DNA of 63,509 nt, the filler included, from Octopus bimaculoides (Eukaryota): NCBI RefSeq assembly GCF_001194135.2. It is 5 parts of 4 records of this genome, joined end to end, with 100 filler letters (N's around TTAATTAATTAA, not from the genome) between each part and the next. Parts side by side here need not be neighbours in the genome. Positions count along the whole stretch, not along the records: positions 1 to 19,088 come from NC_068986.1; positions 19,189 to 41,166 come from NC_068983.1; 3 more parts are not named here. One strand, 5' to 3'. This document shows, piece by piece, positions 12,111-24,081 of the stretch. The notes under the pieces were generated by a model. It was given only the letters and a program-made list of their open reading frames with translations, was not told the origin of the DNA and made no database searches. Both the position numbers and the translations under genes were made by a program. Every line of letters starts with the position of its first letter. The first letter of the stretch is position 1.

Positions 12111-14006
12111 CCGTGGGCAACAATAAACAAGATGAGGATAAATATCCATCAAATGTAAATAATGTACATAATTCTTCATCTCTTAAATATAGAACTGTAT
12201 TAGGCTAACACTTGAACACTTTGTCCTTTATGTTGACAAAGCAAACAACCTGACATAGGTACATCCTTTTCCAAGAAGAAAATCTCTGAAAAACATCTCA
12301 ATGCTCACAGTTGTCATTGCTGATGGTTTTCAGGAAATGAGGTCATAACCTTCAGGAAATCATGCTTTAACAAAATAAATGATGAATATTATAAGGAAAT
12401 GATTTTAAAATGTAACAACACTGTTCATATTCCTATGAAAAGATAAAGTTTAATAGTCATAAAAAATGTTGATGAGAAAATTAACAAAATATTACAAATA
12501 ATAAAAGCTGCAGACATAGAATAATGTGGATGGTGGGGGGGGGGCTCTTACACCTTTGATAACATTAACCATGAGGCCAGAGATAAATTTTTGACAAGGC
12601 ATCAATAATAGAGTAGAGATTCTGGTGAAAGAAGTGGCTTTATAACAATCAAAGATCGTAAATTAAGCTTTGCCTCTAATCCCTAAGTGTTATTCAATCA
12701 ACCCTACTTCCTGTGAAAAGGATGTTTTCCCCTGGTCAGGCAATCCAGCTAATGCTAGCACCCTCTGAATGGTGGGCTTGCCATGCTATGGCAGCTGCTG
12801 CACAGATTTGTGCTGTGGCTATACCACCTGCAGATTTTCCTGGCAACAAGCTGATGTGGTCTTTGTTTATAAGACATATCTTTCTGCAGCTCATTTCTTT
12901 GATGGAGCTGTAATCTTGGGTCAAGAAAAGAGGTGGGGGCCCTGCCCCTGAAAGGTTGTCATGCACTCACCACCCTCAACCAGTAGGACAGTGCAATTGG
13001 TCGGAATTCTACAGTAGCAATATATAGAGATTTGGTGGTGGGTAAGAGCAATGACATTTTCAAGAAAATTCTAGTTATTGACAGAGATGAACTAGCTGGT
13101 TTGTTTCGGAGGAGTTTGATAGTGGTAACTCCCATGAATAACTTCCAGAAGTCCTCAGCTTGGCAATGTTACTGAGGGACACTGCCTCTTCAAAGTAAAC
13201 TCCACAGGCAAGGAAATGCTGCTCGGCAGGATTGTCTGTTATGTGTGCAGAGTAATGTAAATGTACTGTATGCACTTGTGCAGTATCGAGGCTTTGACAT
13301 AACTTGAGGAGTTGTGTCAAACAGCTGTTATCATGTGTAGGATGAGTTTGACTATTAGCCAAATCCATGGTGAGGGTTAGCCCACCATCCATCTTTAACA
13401 AGGCAGGGCAGGCAGTGTTCCTCTTTCCCGTGGTTATGGTGATTGAGGTTGTGGTAGACAAGTTTGAAAGGATTGAGGAAAGACACTTTTGGTCAAGCTC
13501 TCATTGGCTTTTTTCTTAAGTTCAAGTTCCACTTGGGAAGGAAGTTGTGGGTGAAGAGGGGAGTGCTAACACCCAGTGAATTTGTGAAAAGATGGGTGAC
13601 TGTGGCTAAAATGCTTAGAGTGAATGGACCTATTCTAAGTTTGTGACTAGGTTGGAGAACAACAATTGGGCTAAGATTTGTGCATTTAGTGGTCAGGGTA
13701 ATCCTGAATCTGTGGGATTCCTTGGGTGATACAAGGGGGAGTTTCTCCAACATCAAGAAGATTGCTTCATTCATATGTTCACATATTTTTGCATACCATG
13801 TATATTTTTATTTCACTTCAGCATCTTTTTCATTTCTTTCTCTCCATCCTTTATGTAAACTCCCACAAAAATTGTAAACTGCAATGTCTCCTTCATCTAA
13901 GGTCACTGTGGCAAATAAAAGAAATTATCACTATGGTGATAATTCAATGATTATTATTAGCAGTAATTATTAGTATGCCAGTAATGTTATACAAAAAATG
14001 TTAGCT

Positions 14007-14230
14007 TAATGCTTTTGTTACCATATTTCTGTTGAGACATTCTGTGTTTCTTTCAATTAATTTAAAATATAACAAAGAATTTAGTAAAATAACTTATCAT
14101 TAAACTAGTGTTAGAAACATAAATTGTGGCCAAGGTTTGGTGGAAGATTTTAATTCAGAACTTTTGAAATCAAGACATTTACACTCAGAGCCAGAAGTGG
14201 TTTTAGCCAGGTTGGTATCGAAAGGGTTAA
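14007..14230. mobile_element. piggyBac-like MITE
   Basis: Ends TTAATGCTTTTGTTACCA ... TGGTATCGAAAGGGTTAA form an imperfect TIR bounded by TTAA. Confidence 0.55.
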
Positions 14231-14249
14231 CATTTTCTAAATATTGGCT

Positions 14250-14475
14250 CCAAATTTTAGCACAAAGCTAGTATTTTCAGGGGGGGGGGGGCTAGTCAAT
14301 TACATCAACCCCAGTATGTAACTGGTACTTATTTTATTGACTCTGAAAGGATGAAAGGCAAAGTCAGTCTAGGTGGAATTTGAACTCAGAACATAAAACA
14401 CAGATGAGATGGTACTAACACATTGTCTGGTATGTTAAAAATTCTGCCAGCTCACAACCAAGCTGGCACGGATGT
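14250..14475 (-). mobile_element. tRNA-derived SINE, family C
   Basis: CAAATTTTAGCACAAAG..ACTGGTACTTATTTTATTGAC..AAAGGATGAAAGGCAAAGTC..GAATTTGAACTCAGAAC..TTCTGCCAGCTC; same family as five copies at 48369-49841 and partial plus copies at 11079-11180, 19209-19270 and 61340-61460. Confidence 0.8.
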
Positions 14476-14904
14476 TAAAAAGACAAAATCTTTCAAAAAA
14501 CAAAACACCTACAAAGAAAGAAATATCCTTGATTTGACGTCAACAACTTGCTTGAATGAAGAGATGTTTGTATTTTTGCCACCAATGAGATCATCTGAAT
14601 TAGTTCCCGGTAAACCTTGATGGCTACATCCCACTGTAAAATAACTCTGCTGCTAATGCCTTCTTGACAATTAAATATTAAACCACTCTTCTTGTTCAGC
14701 TTTTGTTTTTCTTTTTCTTTCATTTTTCTTTTCCGTTCATTTTTCTTTGTAATCTCAAGGATGGGTTTTTTTTTCCTTCTATGTTTTGTAAACAGATTTT
14801 GGCTGATGCTATGCTTAAAGCATAACACATAAAGAACTTGAGGATGTTGCCAAGCTGAACCCTGGTCACAATGAGGTCATTTAGATGACGATTCTATAAG
14901 CACA

Positions 14905-15280
14905 GATGGGGCTATTTGTTTGAGAAGCTTGCTTCCAAAGCACAGGGTTCTCGGTTCAGTCCCACTGCATGGCATCTTGAGAAAGTGTCTTCTACTATAG
15001 CCCTGGGAAAGCCAAAGACTTTTGAGTGTATTTGATAGATGGAAACTGTAAAAAGCCTGTCGTGTGTGTGTGTTTGTTTTGACATCACATGAGAGTTGTA
15101 AATGAGTGTCACTGTCATACAAGAGGTGTCATTCATCACCAATATTCTGCAAAAACATGTCTGGTGATGGTGAAATATTACTTGGAAGAAGTTGAGGGTA
15201 GACAACAGGAAAGGCATCCAGCCCAGAAAATTTTCCTCAATAAACTCCACCCGACCCATGCAAGCACGGAAAAGTAGATA
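14905..15280 (+). mobile_element. Family A SINE head joined to a family-D-like tail
   Basis: Head GAAGCTTGCTTCC..GGTTCAGTCCCACTGCATGGCATCTTG, (GT)n, then ACAGGAAAGGCATCCAGC..GACCCATGCAAGCACGGAAA. Confidence 0.6.
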
Positions 15281-15584
15281 TATTTATTATTGTTGTTATG
15301 ATGATGATTTCAATCTGGGTTTAGTTTGTATTTTTATTTTCACATTTTACAAGAGCAGACTAATGTCAATTAGTCTTATCATGAGTCTTTGATGATTTCA
15401 TAAAATGGTTATTTGTGGAAAGGTTGAGCTAAAAAGAAACAAACTTCGTTCTCTGAATTCCACATGTGAAAGTTAAGAGAAGGCAGCAGTGTTTGCAAGC
15501 ATGACTTAGGGTGGAATAAAAAGTATTTTACCATAATGAATATTTAATACACATTTAATACACAAGGTCTGATCAATAAGTATC

Positions 15585-18125
15585 CGGACTGTGAAGAATA
15601 GGAATGGTGTTTTATTGAGGGAGCCCAAAGACATCTTAAAACAGTGGGAGGAACATTTCAATGGACTTCTGAATCGACCATCAGTTGTTGATGAAAAAAG
15701 TATTGATATGATTCCACAGAATGCACCCATTGAGTGCTTAGATGACACTTCATCAGTGAAGGAAACAATAAAAGCAGTATCAAAGCTGAACATTGTCAAA
15801 GTACCGGGAGTTGGTAGTCTGAATGGGGGAGGGGGGGGTTCTACTTGCTAGAAATGCTGACAGCAGTTATACAGAAGATATGGAAAAACGAAGTTATGCC
15901 AAAAGACTGGAAAGATGCAGTCATGGAAGTTGTGTTCAAGGGTAAGGGACAAAAGGATGAATGCAATAACTTTTGTGGTATTTACCTGCTTGCTACAGTC
16001 GGCAAAGTTTTATCATGAATAATGTTGGACCAGCTGCAGATATATGTGGCTAATGAGATTCTTCCTGATGAATCACAGAGTGGATTCAGAAATGGTAGGG
16101 GTACTGTTGACATGATCCTCTCTGCAGGGTAGTTACAGGAAAAGTGTGTGGAACAGCAAATAGGACTTTATCAGGTATTCATTGATCTTACTAAGGCTTT
16201 TGACTCTGTCACTTGAACTGCCTTGTGGGAGGTCTTGGGGAGACTTGGATGCCGGTAAAGTTTCTCACTATTCTGAAGCAGTTTCATGATGGCATGGAAG
16301 TAAGGATGGAAAGCTCTTGGAGCCTATCTCTGTCATGAATGGAGTAAAACAAGGTGACATACCAGCACCCACTCTCTTCACCCTCTATTTTACTATAGTT
16401 TTTTTCAAGTGGCTTTCAAAGGCTTCTATGAAGGCATATATATCAGATATCACACAACAGCAAAAATCTTTAACATCAGAAGACTATCAGCCAGGTCAAG
16501 GACGTCCTCAACTCTTATTAGAGACCTCTGTGCAGATGATTGCAATATTGTCACTCGTATTGAGGAGGACATGCAAAATTTTATGAATGCAATTTCAATG
16601 GCTTGTGAGGCACTTGGCTTAACCATAAATCTAACCAAAACTGTTGTCATGTTTCAGCCAGCACCAGGAATACCATACATAGAACTTGGTATCTTCGTGT
16701 ATGGAAGAAAACTTGCTGTGGTTTCTGAGTTTGTTTACTTAGGGAGAACACTAAACATATCAGTGAATCTTGATGATGAAGTGTCACTATACATTCAGAA
16801 AGCCAGTTTCGCTTTTGGCAAACTGGAAGACCGCCTATGGTCTAGACATGGTATTTCCACTGCGACAAAGATTAAGGTATACAATACATGTTTAGGAAAG
16901 TGGTTATACACCATTAGGTGTACACCTGCTTTCCTATATTAAATTCGGAATAACAACGAAACGCAGAACTCTGAACCTATCAACACAACAATATTTATTT
17001 ATGGATGAATAGGCAGCCTTAAATTGGTTGCTGAGACGCCGGAATGTTGTTGTGAGCTGTCCCCAGAGTTGGAATGATGGAGAGACAGCTTGACATGACC
17101 ATGCTCATGTGAGAGAGCTCTATAGGACCTGTGTTACCTCTTCGCAGGCTGGCGAGAAAAGAGAATGAAAAAAGCGGGAACGCTTAGATGTTGAACTCCA
17201 CGCATACGTGGATAAAAACGCAGCAATGGCGACCGTACCTTGGCGCCAAATGACGTCACTACACATGTATCTTAACCTCTTTATTGTATGCTTGTGAAAC
17301 CTGGACTGTGTATCATAAGCACTTAAAATTTATGGAACGTTTTCATCAACAATGTCTCAGAAGGATTTTGAGGATCAGCTGGAAAATGTTTGTGAGTGAC
17401 AATGAGGAGCTTGAAAGAGGGAAATGCTTCAGCATTCAAGCTTTGCTATTGCAGTACAGATTGAGATGGAATGGACATTTAGTCAGAATGACTGACAAAA
17501 GAATGCCTAAACAACTTTTTTTACGGAGAATTGATGACGGGTAAGCATCTGTCCCACAAACCAAAGATGAGGTATAAAGATTGTCTGAAATCAGGATTGA
17601 ATAAGATAAATGTTCCAATTGACAACTGGAGAGATTTAGCATATTGCCAAGAAAAATGGAAAAAAGTTGTGTATGAAGGTAAAAATGAATTTGAAAGGAA
17701 GAGAATGGAGCACGCAAAGATCAAAAGAAAGATGAGAAAAAGTGGCAAGAATGATGTTCTAACAAGCATTAATGAACGTGCTGGTCTTAGATGTGATGAA
17801 TGGGGAAAGATTTGTCTTAGTAAGGCTGGGCTAAAGAGCCATATGAAATCACACATTGCACAACCTCGCATTGATTGCAAACAGGCAGATGATTTTGAAT
17901 GCTTACTCTGTCATAAAGTATGCAGATCAAAAAGTGGCTTGAAAAGGCAAAGTTCATGGATCTGTAAACTATACAATCACCAAGTTTTCTTCCACTTATT
18001 GTCAAGAAACATGCAAGTCTTTGGCAGGCCTCAAAAGCCATATTTGTGCAGTTCATCAATGATATTCTGGGGCATAAAGAAATCAGGCAATGGCTCTACA
18101 TGAAATCAAGTTGGCGACCATCATG
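15585..18125 (+). mobile_element. 5'-truncated, frameshifted RTE/BovB-clade LINE ORF2 (RT plus C-terminal C2H2 fingers)
   Basis: ILKQWEEHFNGLLNRPS; FRGIYLLATVGK-like; QSGFRNGRGTVDMI; FIDLTKAFDSV; NGVKQGDIPAPTLFTLYF; LCADDC (YADD box); YACETWT...FHQQCLRRILRISWK; LRWNGHLVRMTDKRMPKQL. Interrupted at 16891-17263. Confidence 0.93.
16891..17263 (-). mobile_element. Probable solo LTR nested in the RTE ORF
   Basis: Removing it restores Y-N-T-C-I-L-T-S-L-L-Y-A-C-E. CATG flanks both sides (16887-16890, 17264-17267). Minus strand starts TGTAG, contains AATAAA and ends CCTAAA (one change from CTACA). Confidence 0.65.
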
Positions 18126-18288
18126 TATGCTTATCCCCCTTCCTCCCTCTCTCTCTCTTCCCCCCTCTCTCTCTTCCCCTCTCTCTCTCTCCCCTCTCTC
18201 TCTCATATGCAGATTCATGATATTTCTGAATATAGTAATGCTAATATATTATATTTCATCAAGTAGACTGAGGGTTTTTTTTGTTTTG

Positions 18289-18369
<81 letters not shown>

Positions 18370-18859
18370 TACCATCTCCATTACCACCACCACCACCACT
18401 AACAGCAACAATAACACTCTTTCAACCACCATCTTTAGTATCACTAACAACAACAACAACAACAACAACAATAATAGCAATCTTTCAATCAACTCCCTTC
18501 ACCACCACCACCACCAGAGTAGCAGTATACCAACTGGCTGCTGCATTAAGCAATTTGATTGGCTCTTAAAGGGATTACATCATTAGAGTCCAACCTTAGT
18601 GCCAAACAACAAACTTCTCCTTCAAAACTGCTCCAGCTGTGACCATCCTGTCTTTTATTCAGGTATAATGTAGCTCTCAAGACTTTATTCAGTGTGTCTT
18701 CCTTTATTTTAGCAGAGATAGGACTTCAAGGCTGCAACAACAAAGACACCCTCTTGTTGATATGTTACTGTTGATGATGATGATGATGATGATATGATGG
18801 AGGAAGAGGAGGAGGAAGGGGAAGGAGAGGAATATAGATATATAATGTTACACATCTCT

Positions 18860-19088
18860 TTTACTTGTTTCAGTCCTTTGACTGTGGCCATGCTGGAGCA
18901 CTGCCTTTAGTCGAGCAAATCGACCCCAGGACTTATTCTTTGTAAGCCTAGTACTTATTCTATCGGTTTATTTTGCCGAACTGCTAAGTTACGGAGACGT
19001 AAGCACACCATCATCGGTTGTCAAGCGATGTTGGGGGGGACAAACACAGACACACAAACATATACACACACACACATACATACATATA
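18860..19088 (-). mobile_element. Family A SINE 3' part, CpG-intact (young)
   Basis: GTGGCCATGCTGGAGCACTGCCTTTAGTCGAGCAAATCGACCCCAGGAC..GCCGAACTGCTAAGTTACGG is the reverse complement of 21170-21330. Other minus copies at 43680-43960 and 51555-52090. Confidence 0.8.
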
Positions 19089-19188
19089 NNNNNNNNNNNN
19101 NNNNNNNNNNNNNNNNNNNNNNNNNNNNNNNNTTAATTAATTAANNNNNNNNNNNNNNNNNNNNNNNNNNNNNNNNNNNNNNNNNNNN
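19089..19188. other. Artificial scaffold spacer N44-TTAATTAATTAA-N44
   Basis: Exactly 44 N + 12-mer with stops in all six frames + 44 N; identical at 41167, 53856 and 61048. Confidence 0.95.
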
Positions 19189-19329
19189 CACAAACACACA
19201 CACACACATAAAATGCTTAGCGGCATTTTGTTCACAGTATGTTCTAAGCAATTCTGCCGAGGTCAACTGTCATAAATGGACAAAATTTGACCTCGTGGAG
19301 TTATCAAGTACTTGCAGTTAGAGGGTTTA

Positions 19330-20120
19330 GACCCGAAGGTCATTCATGCTGGCACGGGTGCTATGTAATGGAATGACTCCTCAGCTTTATCATTAGGGAA
19401 AATATGGGTAGCTGAATTTCGGAGGGAAACAATGAGTTTTGAAGTTGACCCAAGTTCTTGACGTCCTGCTACTGCCACCACCGATAAAGTCACTGATCCT
19501 GTTCCGCACATGGTGATCGATGACAGGTAACTGACTGTAAATTGAACAGCCATTGCCATTAGCGTATCACGTGGCAGAGCTGAGATCTTGGCATGACGAA
19601 CATTTTTGCTTTGCGTGTGCCACGTCTTCTGACACCTGATGAAAAGTGCACCAGGTTGATCAAAGCATGGGAAAATCTGATATTGTTTGAGAGAGATCCA
19701 GCTTATTTTCTAGAACGTTTGGTAATCCATTATGAGTGTTGAAATCACCTCGTTGATTCAGAAAAAGGAGGCAATCCATGCAGTTGAAACACAATTGCTC
19801 ACCTGATCCAAAGAAGGCCAAGCTGTTTCTATTTCCAGGGAACGTAATTGCGTCAATTTGTTTTGGATTCAAAAGGCATTGTGTTGATTTACCTTAACCT
19901 CAATGGAGAGTACTAAGTCAACTTGCTGAGGCAGTTACAGAAGAGCTATCATGACCAAATGTCCAGGGAAGCTGACGAAAGTTTTCTTGCTTCATGAGGA
20001 TAATGCCCCAACACGCAATTCCTTGGTTTCAATGGCTACTGTACGTGTGGGGTGCCTTTGAACTGACTGATCTCCTTGCCTATACTTCTGACTTGGCCCC
20101 GTCTGATTTGTTATTTATAT
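19330..20120 (+). mobile_element. Decayed mariner transposase
   Basis: WVAEFRR..SFEVDPSS*RPATATT (HTH/linker); LTPDEK..R; FWDSKGIVL-like; LHEDNAP; YTSDLAPSDL (YSPDLAPSD motif), with stops and frameshifts. Confidence 0.88.
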
Positions 20121-20985
20121 TCACTCTTAAATCCGTGCCCAAAATTTCCGCACCGTGTACTACATTACAGCAGATTTACATAACAAAAGTTTTACAAAAC
20201 AATCTACTTACCTCAGACGTAACTCTGTAACTTTGTTCTGCATGTCATTTGGCATATATCTAACTTGATAATGGAACAAATATCTACCTGCTTTTCTCTC
20301 TTTTATCTGTTGAAAGCATTACAAATTTTATCACCATATTTATCTCTCAGTTTCCGTTTTGCGAAAAATACATACTTTTATTTTTTTAAACGCAGATTAC
20401 GAACGCTCGAAATTCCAAGTTAGCATTAGTACAATTCAGATATAAATTGAATAGTTTATTTAGGGAAACTCTGCATGCATTTCAGTCTGTAACATGTGCT
20501 GAAAAAGAAGACACGGAAGTATACTAAACAATAAATTTGGATTTGAACCGAGCAAATTAAAAAAAAAAGAGAATACTTAGCAATGCTCTTTCAAGTGGTG
20601 CATAATATGACATACATTTTGTACAGCCTAAGGGCTGATAGACTCCAAATTTATCATTAGTTTAAATCGTACTTTTTTTTAGTATCTGGACAATGACATT
20701 ATTCAATATGTTAGAGGTATATTTGGGATAACGTTTTTGAGGTGAAAATACTTTTTTTTTTTCCGGAAGAAGTGAGACCACATTTACTTCTCTAAAACTG
20801 TACAGGATATCAAATGTAGATTTAAAAAATTTTTGAAGTTTAGCAAATATTCTTTCAATAGTAATACAAGTACAAGGAACATCCGTAGATTTTGCTTGTA
20901 ATACCTTAAAAAGATTAAATAAATGGGAAAATGCAACAAAATATTTGAAATATTGTTTCAAAAACTACTTAAATTTTTTTAGTAG

Positions 20986-21111
20986 TGGCTGTGTGGTACG
21001 TAGCTTGCTTACCAACCACATGGTTCCGGGTTCAGTCCCACTGCGTGGCATCTTGGGTAAGTGTCTTCTACTATAGCCTTGGGCCGACCAAAGCCTTGTG
21101 ANNNNNNNNNN

Positions 21112-21144
<33 letters not shown>

Positions 21145-21330
21145 TGTGTCTGTGTGTCTGTGTCCCCCTAGCATTGCTTGACAGCCGATGCTGGTGTGTT
21201 TATGTCCCCGTCACTTAGCGGTTCGGCAAAAGAGACCGATAGAATAAGTCCCGGGGTCGATTTGCTCGACTAAAGGCAGTGGTCCAGCATGGCCGCAGTG
21301 AAATGACTGATACAAGTAAAAGAGAGAGTA
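20986..21330 (+). mobile_element. Near full-length family A tRNA-derived SINE with internal microsatellite
   Basis: A-box-like TGGCTGTGTGGTA, B-box-like GGTTCAGTCCC, TTGGGTAAGTGTCTTC core, (TA)(TG) tract, 3' GCGGTTCGGCAAAAGAGACCGATAG..CAGCATGGCCGCAGT. Other plus copies at 45790-45935, 53110-53195 and 60310-60480. Confidence 0.85.
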
Positions 21331-21691
21331 TGCAAACAAAATCGGTGCTTTTCAGGAATAGTTTTCAAGAGATGTTTTGTCTTCTGCATTCCTTCTACCA
21401 GATACAAACAATCAAGGTGACTACTTAATCGTGTCTGAGCGAGAATGTGTGGGAGCATTTTGACACAAATGAGGATAAGCTACTTAATACTGAATAAACT
21501 GCATTGCACTCCGGATTGGGAAAAGCAACTTCACACGAAGCGTGTTTAACCTTCTGCCGTTAATAAATCCGTAAATAGTGTCTAGTACTCCTCTATACTA
21601 TGTATCTGTCTGTCTGTCTGTCTCTTTCTCTCTGTCACCCTCTGCCTGTCTGTCTTTCTCTCTCTCTCTCTCTCTCTTTCACACACACACA

Positions 21692-21724
<33 letters not shown>

Positions 21725-22443
21725 CCTCTCTCTCGGTTTTGCCTGAACACCTTTGAGTTCGCTACTAGAACATACACAGGTACACACACCTATTTCCACA
21801 TGCGCAATGGAATTGTCTCGCCTGCTCTCTCTCTTTCTCCATCTCTCCCTCTCTCTCTCTCTCATAAGGTGGCCTTGCTGCCACCTTATGGTTTACTTGA
21901 CACCCTGAAATATATCTCGATTTTACTATATTACTTTTCTCTGATGTTTTTAAAAGTTAAACCTATGTGTTGAACACTCTCTCTGCGTGTGTATTACTCG
22001 GCAACGCCAGTAAATATCGTCAGTTATTTGAGTAAAACACCATTTATCTCCCTTTCATCAATGAAACTAAATACAGTCGACTGTGGAATGCCCCTTCTGA
22101 CATTTACCTTGACGGATATACGGTAAAATTTAACTCTGAACTGTTTGTAACTCACTGAGGTTTATGTGGAAATGTTTCTAATAAGAAACATTTTTGTTCT
22201 CCATATCTACTATAAACAAATAAATATTCCGTTCGGTATATGACGATTTAAATATATTGCATACGGCAGTTACACGTAGCAAAGAATAATAAGCCTATGA
22301 TGTTAATTCGTAAGCAATTTAGAATACCACGTATAAAAGTTTTAATGCTTTTGCTTAAAACAATACATCCCAATAACATTGATTTCTCATTGCAAATACA
22401 TGTACTTTTTCCAGTGGTGAATAATCTCTGATTACTCTGTAAC

Positions 22444-22666
22444 AAGCAATAATAAATCTCTGAGCGAGATATATGCGGTAGTAGAACAACATCGGAAAGT
22501 ATATTTGCCACCTACATGTGGCTGACCCATAAGGGACGATGATACTGTAGTCTATAGCCCTCGGAAGACATCTCATCCATCTGGGTCAGCTACATTTAGG
22601 TGGCAAATATATTCACGATGTCGTGCTGCTACTGTTTATATCTCGCTCAAAGATTTATTATTGCTT
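22444..22666. mobile_element. MITE with about 87-bp imperfect TIRs
   Basis: AAGCAATAATAAATCT..GAGCGAGATAT..ATATTTGCCACCTA..GCTGACCCA (22444-22529) is mirrored at 22581-22666. Confidence 0.8.
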
Positions 22667-22684
22667 ATATATATATATATATAG

Positions 22685-22875
22685 GTGTCGATGAATTGTT
22701 CAATCATCAAATCCAATCTTCTCTGCTAGTTCCTCAACTGTTACGATGGGATTTTGCTCTACCACAGTTTACAGGACGTCCTCGTCGAGCACTACAGATC
22801 TTCCAAGACGAGGTTCATCTTCTGGGTTGCAGTTTCCGGCTCGGAATTTCTGGAACCACCATTGACACTAGCTTT
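22685..22875 (-). mobile_element. Mariner transposase HTH fragment
   Basis: QWWFQKFRAGNCNPEDEPRLGRSVVLDEDVL*TVVEQNPIVTVEELAEKIGFDD*TIHRH. Confidence 0.85.
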
Positions 22876-24081
22876 TGCTTATAGTCCGATCCCCATATAC
22901 TGCATTAATATTCCTGCATTAATATTCCTGCGTTATTGCTTTTATTGAACGAATAAAGCAAAATATGCCGACTGTGCTCCTTTGCCACTTCCATTATAGC
23001 CTTCAAAAAGTAACATTTAAAATCGAACTGCACTGTTCAAAATTTGCACTAAGAAAAGGGAGAAGGTAAAATTACTACCTGCTTTTATAACAAGTCGATG
23101 CAGGTAGTTTATCCCGTCCTCCTTGAGTTTTAGTTCATGCAACCGAAAAAGACTGCATTACTTATGGTGTGGAAAGCATACATTCATTTTAACATCATGC
23201 CTTACATAACACGTGCTGATCGACTTTGATGTGGGCTCAGACCAGCTGTGATTAAATAAGACATGTTTGTCATTTTTTTGTCTTAGGACTCCTTGTGTGC
23301 TTAAAAAACAACGGTATAATGAAACTTTGTCCATATACACAAATATTTCTCTCAGTTATTGTAGACGGCATAAATTTACATATGATGTTTTCTAAAATTC
23401 CCTGCAAAGTCATGTGTCTAACGATATTCAAATACAACATAGCAAACATCATTATTTAATAATAATCCAAGAAATACATGCCGTTGCCTGAACTTAACAC
23501 TGAAAATGAGATTATACTCTTACCTCTTTTCCTACTGTAAAATTCATATATTTAAAATAAAGTTACGAACAAGAAACTAAATTTGCAATCTTAATAGAAA
23601 ATACCTAAGCTTTCCACAGATCCTAAAATATAAAATAAACAATAGCATCAACCAATCCTGTTCAAGCAACATATGTTATCTTCCACGAAAATCATGTAAC
23701 AATAATTCAGAAAATATTCTTCTTAGAAATGCTCAGAACACCTACTTATATTCGATGTTCTTCCCGTATTATTAAACACAGGCACTTGAAAATACATTGC
23801 CTAACGTTATTGAGAACGCATAATAATTATCCCAAGAACAGAAAAACAAATCAAGATCCAAAAAGAGAATTATATACTGTTTCATGTTAGAGTCAATACT
23901 ACAGAAATTACCGATACACACACACACAGTTCGACCGTTCGGCTCATTCCAGACTCTCTTCGCCATTCGTATTTATGTATTCTTTATCGAAATAATTGGA
24001 TGATTTAGCGATTCGCTAATGTGTATATATATAATTATTATAAACAGCAGTGTGCAATGTTTCACCAAAAATGAGAATTGA

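Noticed and set aside
12715-12760. Walker-A-like GLPDQGKTS on the minus strand
   Set aside because: Flanked closely by stops and in a different frame from the longer open stretches; likely chance.
15556-15593. Mariner-like TIR remnant (CAAGGTCTGATCAATAAGTATCCGGACTG) at the RTE 5' junction
   Set aside because: Too short and has no partner end; may be real but is unsupported.
19133-19144. TTAATTAATTAA palindrome recurring four times
   Set aside because: Always centred in exactly 88 Ns; a synthetic six-frame-stop linker, not biological.
20400-20961. hAT-transposase-like reading on the minus strand
   Set aside because: Only a vague resemblance (FVAFSHLFNL, KFFKS); diagnostic motifs are not convincing.
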